Origin: Planctomycetota bacterium
GTDB taxonomy: Bacteria; Planctomycetota; B15-G4
Length of the DNA: 64,000 bases
Reading direction: 5' to 3'
Assembly: GCA_965248575.1 (NCBI GenBank)
Contig: CBDFJQ010000002.1
Coordinates: 3,456,001-3,520,000 of the forward strand
Within the stretch, counting starts at the first letter, position 1; each line of letters starts with the position of its first letter. Both the position numbers and the translations under genes were made by a program. The notes under the pieces are model-generated. The model worked only from the letters and a program-made list of their open reading frames with translations. It had not been told where the DNA came from and did no database searches. Of the stretch, positions 28,272-39,294 are shown piece by piece.

Positions 28272-29701
28272 TTCGTCGTCTTCCACACCCCCTCGTTCAC
28301 GGCGCTTGGAACGAGGCTTGGTGGGGCGGTGACCCTCAGCTCTCAGCCATCTTTGGAGAGCACCCGAGCCTCGAGGCTGCAAAGAGTCTGGCCCCACGGC
28401 TGGCTGGCCCGACGGGCTGGACATCGAGCTTGAGGTCGAGCCCTGAACCAGCTCTTGACGAAGACGCCCTGGTGGTGCTCGCAGGGCAGCAACCTGTCCT
28501 TGGGGGCGGAGCACTACTCGTCGCCCACAAGGCGGCCGCCGCGGTTGCCCTGGCTCGCCAACTGCAAGCGGGGTTGGGGCGTCAGGTGGTCCCGGTCTTC
28601 CTCTTGGCGACCCAGGACCACGACACGACTGAAGTCGATCATCTCGATCTCATCCATCCGTCAAAAAACCACCTTCAGAGGTATCGCTGTGCTCTCAGCC
28701 CGCGAAGCGAGATGTTTTCGCGCGCGAGTTGGGGCAACCAATCGCTGTCCGACTTCTTCCATAAGTTGGGATCTGATTATTGCGTCGATGAGAGTATTTT
28801 AAGCAACTCTCTTGTAGCAAGCCCTGCTGCTGAGCACGTGGCCCTCTTGATGGAGCAAGCGTTCAAGGGCACGGGGTTGAGGTTCGTCGAAGCCCACCAC
28901 CTGCAGGCTCATTCAACCCCCGTCCTGAAGCGAGCCCTGCTCGAACCGGAGCAACTCGCCAATCAGCTACGGGGGGGGCAGGAGCGACTTCGGGCCGCAG
29001 GCTTCTCTCCGAGCTTCGACCCAGACGACCCCCGACCGCTGGTCCTGGAATCTCGCGAAGCGCGTCGGAGGCGGATCGACCCCGACGATACCGGGGCAGT
29101 CACGCGTCTCACGGATCGACCGGACGACTTCAGCCCCCATGCCGCACTCCGCCCCATCGTTCAAGCCGCATCCTTGCCCGTCATCGCTCAGGTCTGCGGG
29201 CCCTCGGAAATCGTGTACTTGGGCCAGGCCCGCCCACTCCATGCGCACTTCGATGTGGTCGCCCCCTTGTTGGTCCCACGCTTGGAAGCCACGCGAGTCT
29301 CGGCGGACGAAATCGATGAACTCGACCTCTCCTTGGATTCCGCTGAGAGCAGCAGCCCCGTAGACGGCCCACTCGCTGACCTCGTCGACTCCCTGACGAG
29401 CTTCCAGAAGGCGGTCGCGGCCCTCGACACCCAGCTTGCTACCCGGACAGAGCGCTTCGCCGTGCGGGTCGCTCGAGATGCCCGCGCGCTAGCCGAGGCT
29501 CCCGCCTGGCGGGGAAAGCACGTGAGGAAGAACCCCCGCCTGCGTCCTCGAGGCCGCTATCAAGACGCCGTTTTAGGCTGGCTACCGGAAGCCTTTGGCC
29601 CGGACTCTCCTGAGAACTGGGCCGAGAGCATCATTGGCCTGAGCCAACCTCTCGAACCTCCCGTGCACGTGCTGCATTCCTTTGCTGAGGACACACCCTG
29701 A
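28268..29701 (+). CDS. bshC: Bacillithiol biosynthesis BshC-like protein
   Basis: AGQQP..GG, VPVF.LATQDHD..EV, FSPHAALRPIVQ...LP, GPSEIVY.Q; adjacent to bshB1 and bshA. Confidence 0.8.
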   Translation: MIRRLPHPLVHGAWNEAWWGGDPQLSAIFGEHPSLEAAKSLAPRLAGPTGWTSSLRSSPEPALDEDALVVLAGQQPVLGGGALLVAHKAAAAVALARQLQAGLGRQVVPVFLLATQDHDTTEVDHLDLIHPSKNHLQRYRCALSPRSEMFSRASWGNQSLSDFFHKLGSDYCVDESILSNSLVASPAAEHVALLMEQAFKGTGLRFVEAHHLQAHSTPVLKRALLEPEQLANQLRGGQERLRAAGFSPSFDPDDPRPLVLESREARRRRIDPDDTGAVTRLTDRPDDFSPHAALRPIVQAASLPVIAQVCGPSEIVYLGQARPLHAHFDVVAPLLVPRLEATRVSADEIDELDLSLDSAESSSPVDGPLADLVDSLTSFQKAVAALDTQLATRTERFAVRVARDARALAEAPAWRGKHVRKNPRLRPRGRYQDAVLGWLPEAFGPDSPENWAESIIGLSQPLEPPVHVLHSFAEDTP

Positions 29702-30426
29702 TGGTCGACGCCTTGTTCATAGGGCCACACCCGGACGACATCGAGATCTGCTCAGGTGGTCTCGCCCTGAGCCTCAAGAAGCAGGGATACACTACAGGCG
29801 GGCTGGACCTCACTGCAGGCGAGTCCGGCACCCGCGGCACGCCTGAGCAGAGGTACGAGGAAGCCCAGCGGGGCGCCAAGTTGCTGGGCTTGGAGTTCCG
29901 TGAATGCCTCGGCTTGCGCGATGGCCACATCGAAAATGACCAAGCCAGCCGCGACAAGTTGATCGAGGTGATTCGCCGCCACCGACCACGACTTGTAGTG
30001 GCTCCGATCCCCATCGACCACCACCCAGACCATTCCCGCGCCGGACTGCTCGTGAAGGAAGCACGCTTCCTTGCCGGCTGCGCAAAGATCGGACCGGAGC
30101 TTCCCCCTTGGCGTCCGGGTCGCGTGCTCTTCTATCCATCGCGGGAGATGGTGGAGGCGACACTCGTTGTAGACGTCAGCGATGTGTACGAGGGCAAAAT
30201 GGCAGCCATCAAGGCGCATGTGTCCCAGCTCCATGATCCCGACTCCAAGGAGCTGCCCACGTCCATCGCATCTGCCGATTTCCTGGACGCCATCCAGGCG
30301 CGCGACCGTTCCAACGGAGCCCAGGTGGGTGTGCGCTATGGCGAGGCCTACACAGTGGATGGTCCGCTCGCCGTGAATGACCCGCTCCCGGTCGTGCGCG
30401 ACAGCGGCCAGAGCGTGTTCCTGTGA
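29701..30426 (+). CDS. bshB1: N-acetylglucosaminyl-malate deacetylase
   Basis: PIG-L motifs HPDDIE, DLTAGESGTRG, HPDH, SQL, GVRYGEAY; next to bshA. Confidence 0.9.
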   Translation: MVDALFIGPHPDDIEICSGGLALSLKKQGYTTGGLDLTAGESGTRGTPEQRYEEAQRGAKLLGLEFRECLGLRDGHIENDQASRDKLIEVIRRHRPRLVVAPIPIDHHPDHSRAGLLVKEARFLAGCAKIGPELPPWRPGRVLFYPSREMVEATLVVDVSDVYEGKMAAIKAHVSQLHDPDSKELPTSIASADFLDAIQARDRSNGAQVGVRYGEAYTVDGPLAVNDPLPVVRDSGQSVFL

Positions 30427-31559
30427 GACCCCTGCGCATCGGTATCGCCTGCTACCCCACCTACGGCGGGAGTGGTGTCCTCGCCACGGAGCTGGGGATT
30501 GCCCTGGCGCGAGAAGGGCACGAGGTTCACCTCTTCTCGTACGCCCGCCCCACGCGACTGGCCTCGTATCACGTTGGCCTCGAGTTCCATAACGTCAGCG
30601 TATCTTCCTACCCACTATTCCATTACCCACCCTATGACCTGGCATTGTCGTCGGTCATGCGTCAGGTGATGTGCGAACGCTCTCTCGACATCCTTCACGT
30701 GCACTATGCCGTTCCACACGCAATTTGTGCATATCTTGCGCGTGAAATGAGCCCTAATTGCACAACGAAGATCGTCACCACCTTGCATGGAACCGATATC
30801 ACGATCTTGGGCCGAGACCCGAGCTACCGCGACGTCATCCCCTTCGGATTGGCCCAGAGCGACGCGGTCGTCAGCGTGTCCCAATGGCTCGCCGACCAGA
30901 CCCGGGGGGTCTTCGACTTCCAGGGGCCCATCGATGTGCTGCCCAACTTCGTGGACCAGAACATCTTCAAACCCCGCAACGACGACACCGTGCGCCAAGA
31001 ATTGGGCGGTGACGACAACGCGCTCATCGTCCACATGTCCAACTTCCGCTCCCTCAAGCGGACCGGAGACACCATCGACGTCCTCCGGAAGCTGAAGACC
31101 GAGCGCCCCGTGAAGCTCCTGCTCGTGGGTGATGGCCCGGATCAATCCCTGGTTCGGGAACTTGCGACCCGGCACGGGCTCTGCGACCAGGTCCACTTTC
31201 TCGGGGAGATCGACAATGTGGCTTCCATCATGGCCGCCAGCGATGTGGCTCTCTTTCCCAGCGAAAGCGAGTCCTTCGGTTTGGCTCCTTTGGAGGCCAT
31301 GGCCTGTGCGGTGCCGGTGGTCACGACAAACGTCGGCGGCCTCCCAGAGGTGGTCGTGCATGGCGAATCAGGCTACCTCCATGAGGTGGGGGACACGGAT
31401 GCCATGGCCGCGAGCCTCGACACCCTGATCGAAGATCCTGCCCGCTGCGCGAAGATGGGAGAGGCGGGGGTCCAGCGCGTCACGGAGGAGTTTTCGCTGC
31501 GGACCAGCCTCGAGCAGCATGTCGAGCTGTACCGCAGAGTGCTTTCAAAGGACTCATGA
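30423..31559 (+). CDS. bshA: N-acetyl-alpha-D-glucosaminyl L-malate synthase
   Basis: IGIACYPTYGGSGVLATELG, YPLFHYPPY, HVHYAVPHA, TTLHGTDIT, HMSNFR, ESFGLAPLEAMAC. Confidence 0.95.
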   Translation: MRPLRIGIACYPTYGGSGVLATELGIALAREGHEVHLFSYARPTRLASYHVGLEFHNVSVSSYPLFHYPPYDLALSSVMRQVMCERSLDILHVHYAVPHAICAYLAREMSPNCTTKIVTTLHGTDITILGRDPSYRDVIPFGLAQSDAVVSVSQWLADQTRGVFDFQGPIDVLPNFVDQNIFKPRNDDTVRQELGGDDNALIVHMSNFRSLKRTGDTIDVLRKLKTERPVKLLLVGDGPDQSLVRELATRHGLCDQVHFLGEIDNVASIMAASDVALFPSESESFGLAPLEAMACAVPVVTTNVGGLPEVVVHGESGYLHEVGDTDAMAASLDTLIEDPARCAKMGEAGVQRVTEEFSLRTSLEQHVELYRRVLSKDS

Positions 31560-32680
31560 AGCGCATCTATTTCGACCACAACGCTTCATCGCCGCTGAGA
31601 ACGAAAGCTCGGGCCGTGCTTGCGGACTGGGCCACGGATGTCTCCCACGGAAACCCCTCCAGCGCGCACCAGGACGGTCGCAAGGCGCGACGCCGGCTTG
31701 AGGAGTCCAGAGAACGCATCGCGGCCCTCGCTGGCTGCCAAGCAGAAGAGCTGGTGTTCACCTCGGGAGGAACCGAGTCCAACGCTTGGGCCCTCGCTGG
31801 CTGGGAGCGAGTCGCAGTCCTGCCCGTGGAACACCCCAGCATCTTGCGCGCTGCAGAGCGGCGACCACAACACGAGCTGCTTCCCCTCGATGACCAGCAC
31901 AGGCTCGACATGGAAGCGGCTTCGCCCTTCCTGGCGCGCTGCGATGTCGCGAGTTTGGCCCTCGCCAATCACGAGACGGGGATGCTTCAGGATTTGTCCG
32001 CGCTGCACGCGCGTCACGAGAACCGTTCGTGGCTCCTGCACACCGATGCGAGCCAGGCGTTTGGACGCGTTCCGGTGTCCTTCGCAGAGCTCGGCGTCGA
32101 CCTCATGACGCTCACGGCCCACAAGCTTGGAGGGCCTACCGGAATCGGTGCACTGATCATCCGCGACGGAGTGCACAAACCACCCCTTGTCGTCGGCGGT
32201 CCCCAGGAGGGATCTCGCCGAGCGGGCACTGAGTGCGTCATGCTCGCGGAGATGTTTGCTGCCGCTGCCGAGGAGGCCGTCGAACAACAGGCTCTCGAGC
32301 ACCAGATGTGGGCGCGCTGGACGAGCCGCCTGCGCGCCGAATTGCCGCAGCTTGAGCCGGATCTGGAGATCCTCACAAACGCCGAAAACTCTTTGCCAAA
32401 CACACTTTGCATTGCTTTCCCTGGGCGGCAGGGACAGACCCTCGTACACCGCCTCGACCTCGAGGGCGTGAGTCTGTCGCACGGCTCCGCATGTGCATCA
32501 GGTTCCCTCGAACCGTCGGCCGTCTTGCTGGCAATGGGGTGTCGAGATGAAGTTGCTGAGTCGTCGCTCCGCGTCAGCTTCGGGCACGGACACGGGCGCG
32601 AGGATCTCGACGTGTTTCTGGATCGACTCGCGGCGACGCTCAAGGCTGTTCAGCCGCGCTCAGGCACGCAAAAAAACTAG
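31556..32680 (+). CDS. Cysteine desulfurase (IscS/NifS family)
   Basis: IYFDHNA, GNPSS, FTSGGTES, AHKLGGP (PLP lysine), GSACASG (catalytic Cys). Confidence 0.9.
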   Translation: MKRIYFDHNASSPLRTKARAVLADWATDVSHGNPSSAHQDGRKARRRLEESRERIAALAGCQAEELVFTSGGTESNAWALAGWERVAVLPVEHPSILRAAERRPQHELLPLDDQHRLDMEAASPFLARCDVASLALANHETGMLQDLSALHARHENRSWLLHTDASQAFGRVPVSFAELGVDLMTLTAHKLGGPTGIGALIIRDGVHKPPLVVGGPQEGSRRAGTECVMLAEMFAAAAEEAVEQQALEHQMWARWTSRLRAELPQLEPDLEILTNAENSLPNTLCIAFPGRQGQTLVHRLDLEGVSLSHGSACASGSLEPSAVLLAMGCRDEVAESSLRVSFGHGHGREDLDVFLDRLAATLKAVQPRSGTQKN

Positions 32681-32764
32681 CCGCGGACGACGCCACAACG
32701 AACGCTGCAATCGCGCTTTGCGTTCGTACGCTTGGAAGCCCCGACGCTGACCCCCTGCGGGTCG

Positions 32765-32792
32765 TTGACAGCATTCGGAAATCCACCATAGT
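32765..32792 (+). promoter_or_regulatory. Putative sigma70 promoter of dnaA
   Basis: TTGACA-N16-CATAGT, about 350 nt upstream of the dnaA ATG. Confidence 0.55.
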
Positions 32793-33047
32793 GACCGCGC
32801 ACACTCACCGTTGCAGCAGGCGTGACACAGGGCGTCTCGGGCACCAGCGTCGTCGGCCTCTTGTTCATCGAATCCTCGAAGCAGCTTGAGCCGGCGGTTG
32901 GATTGCAACGGAGGGGTCACACATGCGGCGCTCGCATGGGTGGTCGGTTGACGGCTGCTCGTGCTGCCACGGGCGTTCCACCAGACGTCGTACCGCCGTA
33001 TCCGTCCGTCCCGTCGTCCTGCGTCGTTCCACGTCCAGTGCGCCGCA

Positions 33048-33124
33048 GCCGTTCGCCGTAGCCGTTCGCCGTAGCCGTTCGCCGTAGCCGTTCGCCGTAG
33101 CCGTTCGCCGTAGCCGTTCGCCGT
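33048..33124 (+). repeat. Tandem repeat, 13-bp unit GCCGTTCGCCGTA, 5 perfect copies plus one 12/13 copy
   Basis: Copies start at 33048, 33061, 33074, 33087, 33100 and 33113; the array ends 22 nt before dnaA. Confidence 0.98.
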
Positions 33125-33146
33125 TGACCTGGAAACCCACTGCAGC

Positions 33147-34541
33147 ATGAGCGCGCCCGAGACCTCGGAAGATCTGAACACCCAGCTCCTGGCGGCTCTG
33201 AAAGAGCTCGTGAGCGAGCGGAAGTTCGACCTCTGGTTTTCCGGATTGCGGGTGGTCTCCGACCACGTTGAGAGCTTGGATCTCGCTGTGCAGAACCCCT
33301 TCCACCACGAGTGGATCAAGACCTACTACATGGATGTGCTCCAGAAGGCCGTGGAGCAGATTGCAGGAGCTGATCGCTCGTTCCAGCTGCTGGTCGAGGA
33401 CGCGGCGCCGGCCCCAAGTGCCCCGGTGTCTGAATCCGTGCCCGCCCCGCCCAAGCCGATGCTGGATCCGGTCCTGGACATCCGCGGCCAGAACGAGCGC
33501 TACTTCCAACAGAACTCCGACGTCGTCCTGAACCAGAAGTACACCTTCGAGAACTTCGTGGTGGGCCCGAGCAATCAGCTCGCCCACGCTGCCTCGATGG
33601 CTGTGGCGGACGCGCCAGCTGGTTCCTACAACCCGCTCTTCCTGCACGGCGCCGTGGGATTGGGGAAAACCCATCTGCTCCAGGCCATCTGCCACAAGGC
33701 CATGGACTCCAACCGCTCCCTAAAAGTGCTGTACTTATCGAGCGAAACCTTCGTCAACCAGTTCATCTCCGCCATCGAACAAGGTGACCTCAGTCGGTTC
33801 CGCTACAAGTACCGGAGCGTCGACCTCCTGCTTATCGATGACATCCACCTGCTGGCGAACAAGGAACGGACCCAGGACGAGTTCTTCCACACCTTCAACA
33901 CGCTCTACAACGACCAGCGTCAGATCGTGCTTTCGAGCGACAGTCCTCCGTCCGAGATACCCACCCTCCGAGAACGGTTGATCAGTCGCTTCAAGTGGGG
34001 GCTCGTGGCTCAAATCGGAACCCCTGGATACGAGACACGCCAGGCCATCCTGAGGCGCAAGGCCCGGGACCGTTCGCTGGAGCTGCCCGAGGATGTGCTC
34101 GACTACCTCGCGGAAAAGATGAACCGGAACATCCGCGAGCTGGAAGGTGCCGTGACCAAGGTGCTTGGGTACTCCCAGCTCACCGGCCGGACCATCGATC
34201 TCAGTCTGGCGCGCGAAGCCCTGGGCCAGTCGGGCGACGAGTCCCATCGCAGCGTCATGGGCGTTGACCGGATCCTGGAAGTGGTCTGCAAGCACTACGG
34301 CGTGAGGATCTCCGACCTGCATGGGCGGCGGCGGACCCAGTCCATCGTCCTTCCGCGCCAGGTGGCGATGTATCTCACGCGAAAACTGACCCCTCTCTCG
34401 CTGACGGAGATCGGCGCTCGCTTCGGCGGCCGCGATCACTCCACCGTGCTCTACGCCGTCAGCAAGATCGAGGAACGGATGAGTAAAACGCCGAGCTTTG
34501 ACCAGCTCCTGAACGAGTTCGAAGCTCGTCTGCAGCGCTGA
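33147..34541 (+). CDS. dnaA: Chromosomal replication initiator DnaA
   Basis: YTFENFVVG, YNPLFLHGAVGLGKTHL, LIDDI, QDEFFHTFN, NIRELEGA, GGRDHSTVLYA. Confidence 0.98.
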   Translation: MSAPETSEDLNTQLLAALKELVSERKFDLWFSGLRVVSDHVESLDLAVQNPFHHEWIKTYYMDVLQKAVEQIAGADRSFQLLVEDAAPAPSAPVSESVPAPPKPMLDPVLDIRGQNERYFQQNSDVVLNQKYTFENFVVGPSNQLAHAASMAVADAPAGSYNPLFLHGAVGLGKTHLLQAICHKAMDSNRSLKVLYLSSETFVNQFISAIEQGDLSRFRYKYRSVDLLLIDDIHLLANKERTQDEFFHTFNTLYNDQRQIVLSSDSPPSEIPTLRERLISRFKWGLVAQIGTPGYETRQAILRRKARDRSLELPEDVLDYLAEKMNRNIRELEGAVTKVLGYSQLTGRTIDLSLAREALGQSGDESHRSVMGVDRILEVVCKHYGVRISDLHGRRRTQSIVLPRQVAMYLTRKLTPLSLTEIGARFGGRDHSTVLYAVSKIEERMSKTPSFDQLLNEFEARLQR

Positions 34542-34902
34542 ATCCGAACAGCATGCTCGCGCCCATCCACCCCTCTAGTGTCCGAATCCAAATCGAACCC
34601 CGTGCGAGGGATCGAATGGTGTCGAACTTTCGTGGACAGTCTGTTGGCCAACGGTGTGGGCTTCGGGGATGGAACCAGCTCACCCTCGCCTGCCCCTCCG
34701 ACGACCGACCTGCGGTTGGAACAACCACCCCCCCGCAGTGCATACTGTGCAGTTTCGTCGACGATCTCAAATCGCCGCAAGTGCCGTCCCAAGCGTGCTT
34801 TGGTTTCGCAGCACCTGACTTACCGACAATCCGAACGCCTCTATGATGATGATGGTCAATTCATAGATAAAAGATACTCACAACACCCGGAAGACCGGAC
34901 CC
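34542..34902. other. Probable replication origin (oriC) region
   Basis: 361-nt dnaA-dnaN gap; 34841-34880 is 28/40 A+T with an ATGATGATGATG triplet run; only degenerate DnaA boxes (e.g. CGTGGACAG at 34631); parS 11 kb away. Confidence 0.65.
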
Positions 34903-36006
34903 ATGAAGCTGGTCACACCTCGAGAGCCTTTCCTGTCGCACCTCCAGTTCGCGGCATCTGTTTGTCCCACTCGCAGCACGCGTCCGATTCTCATGGACGT
35001 GCTCGTGTCCGTGGAGGGAGATCACGTACGCATCACTGCCACGGATGGAGACGTCTCCGTTCGCAAGCGTTACACCGCCGACGGTGTGTCCGGCGAAGGC
35101 GAAGCAGCACTTCCCGCTTCGACCCTGCTGTCAGCCGTGCGCTCGATGGACGCCGATGAGATCACCATCGAAGAGCAGGACGGTGTGCACGTCCTCTCGG
35201 GAGGGCGCGTCCGCTTTCGCCTCAACGGCGATGACACGACGCTGTTCCCCTCGATCCCGGAGCTCGAACCGGAACGGGGGCTGGAGCTACCGGTCACGAG
35301 CTTCTTGAGCCTGGTCAACCGGACGATGTTCGCTGCCGCCAAGGAGATGGGCCGGTACGCGTTCAACGGGGTTCTGCTTGAGGTCGAGTCAGATGCTCTG
35401 AGCCTCGTGGCCACGGACGGCCGTCGTCTGGCCCTTGCGAAGCTCGAGGGCATGGACACCGGCATCACCGACAAGATCTCCGTGGTGGTCCCTGTGAAGG
35501 GCCTCACGCAGATCCTGAGGGCTCAGTTCGAAGAAGATTCGATTCTTCGTATCGAAATCCGTGAAGCCATGGTGGCGTTCAGCCTGCCTTCGGTGGAGAT
35601 CCAGGCGCAGCTCGTGGAGGGTGAATTCCCCGACTACCGGGCGGTCATCCCGAAGGACGGCGACACCCCTCAGGCGGTGGCGATTCCCCGGGCGGAGTTC
35701 GCCCAGTCCATCCAGCGCGCGTCCATCACGGCGGGCGACGATGGGCCGGCGGTGGCACTGGGCTTCGGCGACAACCAACTGACCGTGGCCTCACGCCAGG
35801 AAGGTGTTGGAGATTCCCGCAGCGAGCTGGAGGTGGCCTACGAGGGCGAGGCCGTGGAGCTCCGCTTCAACCCGGGCTTCCTGAGCGAGTACCTCAAGAC
35901 CTTGACCGAGGAGAAGGTGACCTTCCGCTTCCGAGACCGCATGTCTGCGGGGCTTTTCGAGGCCTCTCAGAACTCCCTGTACGTCATCATGCCCATCACC
36001 TCCTGA
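34903..36006 (+). CDS. dnaN: DNA polymerase III beta sliding clamp
   Basis: TRPIL, ATD, VATDGRRLA, EGEFPDY, FNP, YVIMPI; position after dnaA. Confidence 0.97.
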   Translation: MKLVTPREPFLSHLQFAASVCPTRSTRPILMDVLVSVEGDHVRITATDGDVSVRKRYTADGVSGEGEAALPASTLLSAVRSMDADEITIEEQDGVHVLSGGRVRFRLNGDDTTLFPSIPELEPERGLELPVTSFLSLVNRTMFAAAKEMGRYAFNGVLLEVESDALSLVATDGRRLALAKLEGMDTGITDKISVVVPVKGLTQILRAQFEEDSILRIEIREAMVAFSLPSVEIQAQLVEGEFPDYRAVIPKDGDTPQAVAIPRAEFAQSIQRASITAGDDGPAVALGFGDNQLTVASRQEGVGDSRSELEVAYEGEAVELRFNPGFLSEYLKTLTEEKVTFRFRDRMSAGLFEASQNSLYVIMPITS

Positions 36007-36044
36007 GCGGTTTTCTCTCGGGGGCATCCTAGGCGGCGGAATCC

Positions 36045-39290
<3,246 letters not shown>

Positions 39291-39294
<4 letters not shown>

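Noticed and set aside
33048..33124. CRISPR array
   Set aside because: 13-bp units are directly adjacent with no spacers, and there are no cas genes.
32660..33319. 219-aa - strand ORF with repeated TANGYGERLRR
   Set aside because: Translation of the 13-bp DNA repeat; overlaps dnaA antisense.
34578..35159. 193-aa ORF across the dnaA-dnaN gap
   Set aside because: Overlaps dnaN out of frame, low-complexity composition; region better explained as oriC.
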